A DNA stretch of 64,000 nucleotides from Candidatus Fermentibacter sp. (GTDB lineage Bacteria; Fermentibacterota; Fermentibacteria; Fermentibacterales; Fermentibacteraceae), in contig JAUCPW010000018.1 in NCBI GenBank assembly GCA_030373045.1, forward strand, positions 17,078 through 81,077, in the 5' to 3' direction. Shown here in pieces: positions 17,268 to 25,579 of the stretch. The stretch's first letter is position 1; the number at the start of each line of letters is the position of its first letter. The notes beneath the pieces were generated by a model. The model saw only the letters and a program-made list of their open reading frames with translations, did no database searches and was not told where the DNA came from. The translations under genes were made by a program, and so were the position numbers.

Positions 17268-18503
17268 ATGGCTACTATCAAACCGTTCATGGGTCTCAGG
17301 CCGCGACAGGGCATGGCGGAGAAGGTCGCCGCCCCGCCGTACGACGTCCTCGATTCCGACGAGGCGCGGGAGATGGCCGCGGGGAACCCGTGGAGCATCC
17401 TGCACTGCACGAAGCCCGAGATCGATCTGGACGGCTCGATGGATCTCTACGACGACAGGGTCTATGCGAAGGGGGCCGAGAACCTCCGCAGGTTCATCGA
17501 GGAGGGAGTGCTGGTCCAGGACGACGTCCCGACCTTCTACTTCTACAGGCAGACCATGGGGACCCACTCCCAGACCGGCCTCGTGGCCTGCGCCTCGATC
17601 GAGGACTACGAGAAGGATGTCATCAAGAAGCACGAGTTCACCCGAAAGGACAAGGAACTCGACAGGATAAGGCACATCGAGGCCCAGAACACGCAGATCG
17701 GACCAGTCTTCCTCGCCTACAGGGACGTGCCCGCGATGGAGGAGGCCAGGGCGCGGGTCTGTGCCGCAGCCCCCGACTGCGACTTCACTTCGGCCGACGG
17801 GGTGGGCCATGCCTTCTGGGTGGTCAGGGATCCAGGGCTCGTGGACGACATAGTCCGCGTCTTCCAGGCGATCCCGTTCCTCTACGTGGCCGACGGGCAC
17901 CACAGGAGCGCCGCAGCGACGATCATCGGCCAGAAGAGAAGGGCCGCCAATCCGGCCCATACCGGACGCGAGGAGTACAACTTCTTCCTCAGCGTGATCT
18001 TCCCGCAGAGCAACCTCCAGATCATGCCCTACAACAGGGTCGTCGCCGACCTCTCGGGCCACTCCCCCGAGGAGTTCATGAGGCTCGTGTCGGGCAACTT
18101 CAGGATCTACGAGGACCCCGCCCCCACTCCCGCCGAGACCGGACACTTCTCGATGTACATCGGAGGCAGGTGGCTCGGCCTGGAGGCCCTCCGCGGCAGC
18201 TACCGGGCCGACGATCCCGTCGGGAGCCTGGATGCCAGCATCCTCCAGCGGAACCTCCTGGCCCCCATCCTGGGTATAGATGATCCGAGGACCAGCAGGA
18301 GGATCAACTTCGTCGGAGGCATCAGGGGTACCGGCGAGCTCGTGAAGCTCGTCGACTCCGGGAGGTATGCGGTGGCTTTCTCGCTCCATCCCGTTACCAT
18401 GGACCAGCTCCTGTCGGTGGCCGACAGCGGGAACGTGATGCCGCCGAAGTCTACGTGGTTCGAGCCGAAGCTCCGCAGCGGGCTCGTGGTCCACCAGCTC
18501 TAG
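17268..18503 (+). CDS. DUF1015-family protein
   Basis: 411 aa, strong SD (ggagg…ATG); MATIKPFMGLRP…YVADGHHRSAAA motif typical of DUF1015. Confidence 0.6.
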   Translation: MATIKPFMGLRPRQGMAEKVAAPPYDVLDSDEAREMAAGNPWSILHCTKPEIDLDGSMDLYDDRVYAKGAENLRRFIEEGVLVQDDVPTFYFYRQTMGTHSQTGLVACASIEDYEKDVIKKHEFTRKDKELDRIRHIEAQNTQIGPVFLAYRDVPAMEEARARVCAAAPDCDFTSADGVGHAFWVVRDPGLVDDIVRVFQAIPFLYVADGHHRSAAATIIGQKRRAANPAHTGREEYNFFLSVIFPQSNLQIMPYNRVVADLSGHSPEEFMRLVSGNFRIYEDPAPTPAETGHFSMYIGGRWLGLEALRGSYRADDPVGSLDASILQRNLLAPILGIDDPRTSRRINFVGGIRGTGELVKLVDSGRYAVAFSLHPVTMDQLLSVADSGNVMPPKSTWFEPKLRSGLVVHQL

Positions 18504-18513
18504 CGAAGCAGCC

Positions 18514-18999
18514 ATGAGAACGGCCTGGATCCTCCTCCTCCCGGCTGCCTGCGCCCTGATCACCGCCTCGTGCGGGGGGAGCGACGCCTCCCGCGCGGTG
18601 GAGCGGTTCGCGGATGCACTGGCGGATTCCTCCTACGACGAGGCATGGCAGCTTGTCACGCCCTCGAGCAGGCAGCTCTACGACTCCACCGTCGTGATAC
18701 TCCATCATTTCGGGTACGCGGAGGCGCTGACGCCGCTGACTGAGCTGGCCGGCGAAATGACCGAGGAGGAGTTCCAGGCCCTCGACGGGCGCCGGCTCTT
18801 CTCCCTGATGGTGGCTCGCTCGGAGACCGCTCACGCCCTGAGCACATCTATCAGGTCGGTCACTTACAGGGATTCGACCCTGGCCGTGGTAGTGGTGAGA
18901 ACCGGCGAGGGGCCGCAGGAGGTCCCCGTCAGGCTGGTGGAAGGCGCCTGGCTGGTCGATCTGACGGGCCTCGCGCCACCCGCAGAGGAAGGGGAATAG
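18514..18999 (+). CDS. predicted lipoprotein
   Basis: signal peptide ending in lipobox-like LITASC; 161 aa. Confidence 0.5.
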   Translation: MRTAWILLLPAACALITASCGGSDASRAVERFADALADSSYDEAWQLVTPSSRQLYDSTVVILHHFGYAEALTPLTELAGEMTEEEFQALDGRRLFSLMVARSETAHALSTSIRSVTYRDSTLAVVVVRTGEGPQEVPVRLVEGAWLVDLTGLAPPAEEGE

Positions 19000-19000
19000 C

Positions 19001-19321
19001 ATGCCGGGCGTAACAAGGGGCTGGGTCGTCTGGACGGTGGTTCTCGGTTCTCTCGGGCTCTTCCTCATGCTCTGGGGCTTCGGCGTGCACGTGGGCCGCT
19101 GGTGGCCGATCCTGCTGTCGATGGGGGGTGTCGCATCGCTCTGCAGGGGGATCGACCGCAGGGAGAACGGGGTGCTCGGATTCCTGCTGATCGGGTGGGG
19201 GATCATCGGGGTGCTGGCCCTTCACCACGGCCTGCTCGGGATCGTGGCGATCCTCCCGTTCCTTCTCGGGGCCCTGGTGCTCTGGATACCGATCGCGATC
19301 CTGATCGCCCCCCGCCGCTGA
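19001..19321 (+). CDS. small integral membrane protein (3-4 predicted TM)
   Basis: 106 aa, hydrophobic stretches VVWTVVLGSLGLFLMLWGF, GFLLIGWGIIGVLAL, IVAILPFLLGALVLWIPIAILIA. Confidence 0.45.
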   Translation: MPGVTRGWVVWTVVLGSLGLFLMLWGFGVHVGRWWPILLSMGGVASLCRGIDRRENGVLGFLLIGWGIIGVLALHHGLLGIVAILPFLLGALVLWIPIAILIAPRR

Positions 19322-19335
19322 CCCCCCCATCCGGT

Positions 19336-19367
19336 CGGTGTCAGAGGAAAAAATGTAAAGTAATCAG
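19336..19367. repeat. left terminal inverted repeat of IS-like element
   Basis: matches reverse complement of 20426-20457 at 31/32 positions. Confidence 0.6.
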
Positions 19368-19400
19368 GGTAATTGATGATCGAGCGAATTTAAATGTGAA

Positions 19401-19420
19401 GGCCGGTCGCATGACCGGCC
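19401..19420. repeat. perfect 8-bp stem hairpin (ggccggtc GCAT gaccggcc) inside the element, upstream of tnpA
   Basis: read directly; lies between the left inverted repeat and the AGGAGG RBS of the transposase gene. Confidence 0.4.
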
Positions 19421-19443
19421 TGTCCTTATAAGGAGGGGCGGGG

Positions 19444-20418
19444 ATGGGTCGTCGAGTGAGACTCGATCAGACGGATTCTCTGCACCACGTGATGACGAGG
19501 ACCGTCGAGAGAAGGCCGCTGTTCGAGGATGACACCGACAGAGTCGCATTTCTCGATGTGCTTTCCAGGGTCTGCTCGCTGACCGGCACGAGGATTCTCG
19601 CCTGGGCGCTGATGGGAACCCACGTCCATCTCCTCGTGAGATGCGCCGAGTATCCCCTTTCCGGCTTCATGCAGCAGATTCTGTCGAGCTATGCCCGCTG
19701 CTTCAACCGGAGGCACGACAGGACCGGCCATCTCTTCGAAGACAGGTTCAGATCGATCCTGGTCAACGACGAGAGCTACCTTCTGTCCGTCATCCGGTAC
19801 ATCCATCTCAATCCCGTGGCGTCGGGGATGTTGGATTCCGTGGAAACTCTCGGGAAGTATCCCTGGACCGGCCATAGAGCCGTTGTCACAGGTGTCGCGA
19901 TCGACGGTCAGGACATCGACGGGGTGCTGTCGCTCTTCGGAGGGAGCAGGAGTGAAGCCCTGTCGTCATATCTCAACATGATGGAATCGGATTCTCCGGC
20001 ATGGGAGTACGGAGGAGAGGGTTTCATCCTCGGAAGGAAGGGTGTTGTCAGCAGCAGGCTGTCAGATCTGATCTCGATGGACTCCCCTCGCCGGACAGGA
20101 CTGCTGGGGGATGTGGAGTCCAGTGCAGCTGTCGCAAGATCTGTGGTCGGATCGGTTTCGATCGATGTGAGGAACAGGGCGGCCGAACACGAAAAGGTCG
20201 AGTCAATCCTGAGCGAGACTCTCTCGAGGTTCAATCTGAGTCCCGGGGTTCTCACAGGGAATTCTCGAAGGGGTTCAGTCACACAAGCTCGAGCATATGC
20301 GGCCAGACGCCTCGTGACAGAGGCGGGGCTGAGTTTCACTGAAACGGGCAGGTTGCTCGGGATGACCAGACAGGGCGTGAACTATCTATTGAACTGCAAG
20401 ACGATAATAGTCCGATAA
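19444..20418 (+). CDS. tnpA: IS200-like HuH (Y1) tyrosine transposase with C-terminal DnaA-C-type helix-turn-helix
   Basis: AGGAGG RBS; …RPLFEDDTDRVAFLDVL…LAWALMGTHVHLLV (HuH), RYIHLNPV (catalytic Tyr region) as in IS200/REP-associated Y1 transposases; C-terminal RAYAARRLVTEAGLSFTETGRLLGMTRQGVNY resembles DnaA C-terminal HTH. Confidence 0.7.
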   Translation: MGRRVRLDQTDSLHHVMTRTVERRPLFEDDTDRVAFLDVLSRVCSLTGTRILAWALMGTHVHLLVRCAEYPLSGFMQQILSSYARCFNRRHDRTGHLFEDRFRSILVNDESYLLSVIRYIHLNPVASGMLDSVETLGKYPWTGHRAVVTGVAIDGQDIDGVLSLFGGSRSEALSSYLNMMESDSPAWEYGGEGFILGRKGVVSSRLSDLISMDSPRRTGLLGDVESSAAVARSVVGSVSIDVRNRAAEHEKVESILSETLSRFNLSPGVLTGNSRRGSVTQARAYAARRLVTEAGLSFTETGRLLGMTRQGVNYLLNCKTIIVR

Positions 20419-20425
20419 CACGAAA

Positions 20426-20457
20426 CTGATTACTTGACATTTTTTCCTCTGACACCG
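20426..20457. repeat. right terminal inverted repeat of IS-like element
   Basis: ctgattacttgacattttttcctctgacaccg. Confidence 0.6.
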
Positions 20458-20471
20458 GACGGAGGCGGGGC

Positions 20472-22802
20472 ATGATGGTGATGACGGTGGCGGTTGCTCT
20501 GATCGCGGGCCTTCCGGGGCCAGCCGATGTTTTCGACTGGCCGGCCTTCCCCGGGCCCGGCATGGTCGAGACGGTCAACCCGGCCTGCCTGGCGTGGCAG
20601 CCCGACATGCTCCTCTCGGTCGGGCTCCCGTCCAGCGACAGCTCACTGCACCGGCCCGACCGCGTCTTCCTCGGCGCGCCCGGTGTCGGTTTCTCGGGCT
20701 GGTGGGAGAACGGGGGCGATCTCAGGAGGTTCACCGCCGGATCCGCCTTCGGGATCGGCGGGAGCCTGGCCGCCGGAGCCGCCTATTCGTGGATGGATCC
20801 GGTCTCGGGCGGGCCCTGGGACGGGGTCGGATCCTGGGACATCGGTCTCTCGTTCCGGCCCTCGGCCATGATCTCCGCCGGCCTGGTCCGCCACGGGGGA
20901 TACGACGGCGGTTCCGTGGAGGGAGACGCATCCCTGAGAGCCGGCCTGGCCGTCAGACCCCTGGGGGACCGGCTGACCTTCACCGGCAACGCTGTGACCG
21001 GCGAAGACTTCGACGATTTCGAGTTCGACGGAGGCCTGGAATACAGGCCAGTTCCGGGGGCCGCGATCAGGCTCGGCCTCGCCGAGGACCGTGTGTCCGC
21101 CGGGATCTCCACCGACTTCGGGCATCTCGGCGCCGCCTTCGCGGGCCTCGCCCAGGATGACGAGTACTCAGGCGGCCGGGCGGAGATCCGGCTGACGTCC
21201 TCCCCCCGTGCGGGCATCCTCCCGCGCCGGCACACATACGTGAGGATAGAGACGGGAACGACCCGAGAGGAGCCCTCCCGCGCCTTCCTGGGCCCGGTCG
21301 GGCGCAGCTTCTCCGAGGAGATCCTGCTGGTGGAGCGGGCGGTCGAGGATCCGTCGGTCGACGGGTTCATAGTCGAGACCGACGGGGGAACCGGCACCGC
21401 CGCGCAGGCAGAGGAGCTGAGGACCCAGCTCGCCCGGGCCAGGGGAATGGGCAAGCAGGTCGTGGTCTACTCCGGTTCCCCCGGCAACATCGAATGCTAC
21501 CTGGGCAGCTCGGGCACCGAGTTCTGGATGCACCCCGCCGGCGAGACGTTCCTCACCGGTTTCGCCGCCCACGGCATCTTCATCCGCGACCTGCTCGACA
21601 ACATCGGGCTCTACCCGGACCTCGTGCGGATAGGCGAGTACAAGAGCGCCGCCGACATGCTGACCCGGTCCGACATGTCCGAGGCCCAGAGGATCGCCGA
21701 GACAGCCCTGCTAGAATCCTTCCACACCGAGCTCTTCCGGGCCCTGACGGACGGCCGCGGCCTCGAGCCGCCGCAGATGGTCTCCCTGCTCGAGGAGGGG
21801 ATGCTGAACCCTCGCGAGGCCGTCAGCGCCGGGCTCGTCGACAGCACCGCCTACCCCGACGAGATCCAGGAGAGGCTTTCCGAGACCAACGGTCACGGAA
21901 TAGCGGTGCAGAGCCTGGACGAGTACGGGAACTCGATCCCGGTCGGCGACGCCTGGGGTCCCGAACCCCGAATAGCCGTCATAGTGGCCACCGGCTTCAT
22001 CACCCGCGGCTCGAGCGGCTACTCGTTCCCCCTGGGCGAGACCATGGGCAGCGAGACGATCTGCGGGCTCGTCAGGAGCGCGGCAGCGCGGCCCGGCGTG
22101 AAGGCCGTCGTCATCCGCATAGACTCGGGCGGCGGAGACAGCTTCGCCTCCGAGGAGATGCTGCACTGCATCGAGGACGTTTCCGACGAGATGCCCGTAG
22201 TCGTCTCGATGGGAGGCGTCGCAGCCTCCGGGGGATACTACATGGCCTGCGGCGCCGACAGCATCTTCGCCGACGACTTCACGATCACCGGCTCCATAGG
22301 TGTCATCGGGGGGAAGATCGCGGCGGGAGACCTGCTCGACAGGATCGGCGTCGACGTGGAGACGGTCTCGCCCTATCCGATGGCCGACATGTTCAGCATC
22401 TTCTCGAGATTCTCCGACGCCCAGAGGGAGAACGTCGAGGAGTCGGTCGGCCACTGCTACGACCTTTTCACTCAAAGGGTGGCCGAAGGCCGCGGCATGA
22501 CCCCGGCTCAGGTCGATTCGATCGGCCGGGGACGCGTCTGGTCGGGATCCGACGCCGTGGAGATCGGCCTCGTCGACAGGATCGGCGGTCTGGCCGACGC
22601 GGTGCGCTGCGCGGCGGGCATGGCCGGGCTGGACGATGACTGGGTGCCCGCCGTGGAGGTGTATCCCAGGCCGGGCCTGTTCGAGGGATTCAGCATGAGC
22701 CCGTTCGGCGGCGCCTCGTTGCTCGATCTCGAGAGCCTGCTGGAGCAGGTGTCGGCCTTCGACAGGCCGCTCTACCTGATGCAGCCGATCGTGGTCGAGT
22801 GA
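20472..22802 (+). CDS. sppA: signal peptide peptidase SppA (protease IV, two S49 domains) with an N-terminal Gly-rich extension
   Basis: two ClpP/S49-like repeats: …GKQVVVYSGSPGNIECYLGSS… and …VVVSMGGVAASGGYYMACGADSIFADDFTITGSIGVIGGK…; ~230 aa extension precedes first S49 domain. Confidence 0.7.
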   Translation: MMVMTVAVALIAGLPGPADVFDWPAFPGPGMVETVNPACLAWQPDMLLSVGLPSSDSSLHRPDRVFLGAPGVGFSGWWENGGDLRRFTAGSAFGIGGSLAAGAAYSWMDPVSGGPWDGVGSWDIGLSFRPSAMISAGLVRHGGYDGGSVEGDASLRAGLAVRPLGDRLTFTGNAVTGEDFDDFEFDGGLEYRPVPGAAIRLGLAEDRVSAGISTDFGHLGAAFAGLAQDDEYSGGRAEIRLTSSPRAGILPRRHTYVRIETGTTREEPSRAFLGPVGRSFSEEILLVERAVEDPSVDGFIVETDGGTGTAAQAEELRTQLARARGMGKQVVVYSGSPGNIECYLGSSGTEFWMHPAGETFLTGFAAHGIFIRDLLDNIGLYPDLVRIGEYKSAADMLTRSDMSEAQRIAETALLESFHTELFRALTDGRGLEPPQMVSLLEEGMLNPREAVSAGLVDSTAYPDEIQERLSETNGHGIAVQSLDEYGNSIPVGDAWGPEPRIAVIVATGFITRGSSGYSFPLGETMGSETICGLVRSAAARPGVKAVVIRIDSGGGDSFASEEMLHCIEDVSDEMPVVVSMGGVAASGGYYMACGADSIFADDFTITGSIGVIGGKIAAGDLLDRIGVDVETVSPYPMADMFSIFSRFSDAQRENVEESVGHCYDLFTQRVAEGRGMTPAQVDSIGRGRVWSGSDAVEIGLVDRIGGLADAVRCAAGMAGLDDDWVPAVEVYPRPGLFEGFSMSPFGGASLLDLESLLEQVSAFDRPLYLMQPIVVE

Positions 22803-23716
22803 GCGGAGGGCTCCTGCCGGAGGCGGCCGATCCCGCCTCCTACAGGGATGCGAAGAGCAGTTCGGACTTCGTGCCTGCGGCGGCCGAGATCTGCCGCAGG
22901 CACGGGATCCCGCAGTCGGGGCTCGCGAGGGCGGATTCGGGGACGCATCTGGTCTTCATGCTTCCCGGGATGGCGATCAAGGTGTTCGCGCCGCTCTGGC
23001 CGGAGGACTTCGAGGCGGAACGGGCCGCGCTTCGAGCCATGGGCGGCGGACCCTTCCCCGCGATAGCCCACGAGGGCACCCTGGAGAGCTGGCCCTATCT
23101 CGTCATCACCAGGATCCCCGGCAGACCGGCGAGGGATCTCTGGCCGCTCCTGCCGCGCAGCGGAAAGGAATCCCTGCTGCACGAACTCGGCGGCCTGCTG
23201 CGCGGGCTGCACCGGACCCCGGTTCCATCGGCCCTGCAGACCGACTGGCCCGCATTCGCATCCGGTCTGGAAGCCACGCTGGAATCCCGGAACGACCCGC
23301 CGTCCGCCGGGTGGAGGGACTGGCTGCTGGACCGCGCGCACCTCGATCCGGGCCCCTTCGAGCCGGTGCTCCTCCACGCTGACGTCACCTGGGACCATGT
23401 GTTCGCCATGCGCGACGGCGACGGCATCCGCCTCTCGGGGCTCATCGACTTCGGCGACGCCATGTCCGGGCATCCCCTGTACGAGTTCGGAGCCCCTCTC
23501 CTCTACATGTGCTTCGGGGAACCGGACCTCACATGGAGCCTGCTGTCCGGCTACGGGCTCCCGAGGAGCCCCGGGACGGCTCGAAGCGTGCTCGCTTGCA
23601 GCCTGCTCCACAGGTTCGGAAGGCTCGGGCGCTGGCTCGAGAAGGTGCCGGTCGCCGACGGCAGGGCCTTCGAGGAGGCCCTTTTCGGCTTCGACCCGGG
23701 GTGTTCCGGCTCCTAG
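22799..23716 (+). CDS. phosphotransferase-family protein (APH/choline-kinase-like fold)
   Basis: GTG start overlapping sppA stop; …VLLHADVTWDHVF…GLIDFGDAMSG resembles the HxDxxxxN / DFG motifs of APH-type kinases, with a nonstandard catalytic-loop sequence. Confidence 0.5.
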   Translation: MSGGLLPEAADPASYRDAKSSSDFVPAAAEICRRHGIPQSGLARADSGTHLVFMLPGMAIKVFAPLWPEDFEAERAALRAMGGGPFPAIAHEGTLESWPYLVITRIPGRPARDLWPLLPRSGKESLLHELGGLLRGLHRTPVPSALQTDWPAFASGLEATLESRNDPPSAGWRDWLLDRAHLDPGPFEPVLLHADVTWDHVFAMRDGDGIRLSGLIDFGDAMSGHPLYEFGAPLLYMCFGEPDLTWSLLSGYGLPRSPGTARSVLACSLLHRFGRLGRWLEKVPVADGRAFEEALFGFDPGCSGS

Positions 23717-24759
23717 AACTCCCCGGAGCCCAGGGACATCCCCATGTGGAAGCCCTCGGGGGAAAGGGCCGTCAGGTCCAGCTTGACCGCGATCCCGTCC
23801 ACCGCGAGGGAGAGCCCGACCCCCGCGTCGGGATGCCAGCGGTCCCATCTTATTCCGCCGAAACTGTCGGACGCCTGTCCGGCATCCCCGAACAGGGCCG
23901 CCCCGACAGTCGCCAGCGGCTGTCCGGTCGCGGGGTCGGCCGCGAGATCGAAGAGCGGCCTGCGGAGCTCGATGTTGGCCACCGTCATCCACGATCCGGA
24001 GAATCTGTCGTCTGCGTATCCCCGCAGGAGCTGGTCCGGACCCAGGAACGGAAGGTAGGGGAGGGGCGTGGCATCTACGCCGTGATGGTGCGCCAGGTCG
24101 TACCTTAGAGCGAGCAGCGCATCTCCGCCCAGCGGCAGGTAGGCCACCCTCTCCAGGTCTCCGGTCCAGTACTCCGCTGCCTCTCCGCGCTGCCAGTCGA
24201 AGCGGACCCGGATGTCCTCACAGACCGGGATCGGGCACGAGCTCGACTGGATCTCCACTGACGGCCCCGCTGTCCACTCGGAGGATGCCAGGAGGCCCGG
24301 CAGCCCGCTCCAGAGTCCGCCCTCCTCGAAACCGAAGGCGGAGGAATGGCGCACCTCGGCGCCGAGCCTGACCTGCACCGGGCCGAAGGTCTGCGCGCGT
24401 CCGATGGCGACGGCGTCCCTCTCCCTGTCGTACTCGAGGCTGGAGTCCGGATCGCCCGAGTTGCCCCAGCCGTAGAAGTCCCTCCCGAGCCTCTGGTCGT
24501 GGCTGCCCGTGAGGTACCACGAGCTCCCTGCCGCCGGGAGCCTCACGCCGAAGGATTCGTACTGGCCGCCGCGGGTGGTGCCGTAGGCCGTCAGGGAGAA
24601 CGAGGCGGGAGACGTCCCGCCCGTGACCGCCTCGAACCTGCCTCCGTAGAGCAGGCCCGACCCGGAGGAGTAGCTGACCAGCGGAAGGGCTGCCCAGCCG
24701 GCCTCCGCGCCCGCCGACAGCATTCCTGCCATCAGTGGGAAGAAGTGATGGAACTTCAT
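23713..24759 (-). CDS. outer-membrane beta-barrel protein (Omp85/D15 surface-antigen-like barrel suspected)
   Basis: signal peptide MKFHHFFPLMAGMLSAGAEA; alternating Gly/aromatic pattern; C-terminus …GMSLGSGEF ends in Phe, typical of OMP barrels. Confidence 0.45.
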   Translation of the reverse strand: MKFHHFFPLMAGMLSAGAEAGWAALPLVSYSSGSGLLYGGRFEAVTGGTSPASFSLTAYGTTRGGQYESFGVRLPAAGSSWYLTGSHDQRLGRDFYGWGNSGDPDSSLEYDRERDAVAIGRAQTFGPVQVRLGAEVRHSSAFGFEEGGLWSGLPGLLASSEWTAGPSVEIQSSSCPIPVCEDIRVRFDWQRGEAAEYWTGDLERVAYLPLGGDALLALRYDLAHHHGVDATPLPYLPFLGPDQLLRGYADDRFSGSWMTVANIELRRPLFDLAADPATGQPLATVGAALFGDAGQASDSFGGIRWDRWHPDAGVGLSLAVDGIAVKLDLTALSPEGFHMGMSLGSGEF

Positions 24760-24874
24760 CTGCCCCCTCCAGTATCAGGCCATATATTCGAAGATCGGGC
24801 CGTCCCGCCGCATGGCAGGCATCCGGTCCGGGGGTTTATACTCATACCGGAACCCCTCAAGGAGGCTTGGCTTG

Positions 24875-25579
24875 ATGAGGCCTCTGGCCGTCGTCCCGAC
24901 CTACAACGAGATATCCAACATCAGGCGGCTCATACCCGCCATTCTCGACCTGCCCGGCTCTCCCTGCATCCTCGTCGTCGACGACAGCAGCCCGGACGGC
25001 ACGGGCGACGCAGTCCGCGAATTCGAGCACACAGGCAGGGTCCACCTCCTGACCAGACCCCAGAAGAAGGGTCTCGGGCAGGCCTATGTCGCGGGCTTCC
25101 GCTGGGCGCTCGAGCACGGGTACGATCCCATCATCCAGATGGACGCCGACTTCTCCCACGACCCCGGCAAGGTGCCCGAACTGACGGCGGCCCTGGCCGA
25201 CCACGACTTCGCCCTGGGCTCGCGGTACTGCAGCGGCGTGAACGTGGTCAACTGGCCGCTGTCCAGGCTCCTGCTGTCCTATTTCGCCAACGTCTACACC
25301 CGTCTGATAACCGGCCTGCCCGTCACCGACGCCACCGGCGGATTCAAGGCGTTCAGGAGGGAAGCCCTCGAGAAGCTCGACCTCGACGGCATCCGCTCGG
25401 ACGGCTACTCGTTCCAGATCGAGGTGACTTACAAGCTGGCGAAGGCGGGATGCAGCGTGGTCGAAGTACCCATCATCTTCGTCGACCGCCACGCGGGCAC
25501 CTCCAAGATGACCAGGAGCATCGTCTGGGAGGCGGTCTGGATGGTCTGGCGCCTGAAGTTCCCCTGGCTCTCCCGATGA
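24875..25579 (+). CDS. polyprenol-phosphate glycosyltransferase, GT2 (Ppm1/DPM1/GtrB-like)
   Basis: ATG 24875 with GGAGG 9 nt upstream (track's 24812 start is an extension); MRPLAVVPTYNE…ILVVDDSSPDGTGD…QMDADFSHDP… GT2 DxD pattern of polyprenyl-P-sugar synthases. Confidence 0.7.
   Translation: MRPLAVVPTYNEISNIRRLIPAILDLPGSPCILVVDDSSPDGTGDAVREFEHTGRVHLLTRPQKKGLGQAYVAGFRWALEHGYDPIIQMDADFSHDPGKVPELTAALADHDFALGSRYCSGVNVVNWPLSRLLLSYFANVYTRLITGLPVTDATGGFKAFRREALEKLDLDGIRSDGYSFQIEVTYKLAKAGCSVVEVPIIFVDRHAGTSKMTRSIVWEAVWMVWRLKFPWLSR

Larger units (their letters stand above)
19336..20457 (+). mobile_element. IS-like element: single HuH transposase gene flanked by 32-bp imperfect inverted repeats, AT-rich ends
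   Basis: left repeat 19336-19367 cggtgtcagaggaaaaaatgtaaagtaatcag; right repeat 20426-20457 is its reverse complement with 1 mismatch (31/32); ends are conspicuously AT-rich in an otherwise very GC-rich window; sits between unrelated genes. Confidence 0.55.

Noticed and set aside
24346-25575. 5' extension of the first propeller-CTD ORF (track start 24346)
   Set aside because: It runs antisense/overlapping through the outer-membrane protein and GT2 genes. A signal peptide begins at ATG 25576, which overlaps the upstream stop.
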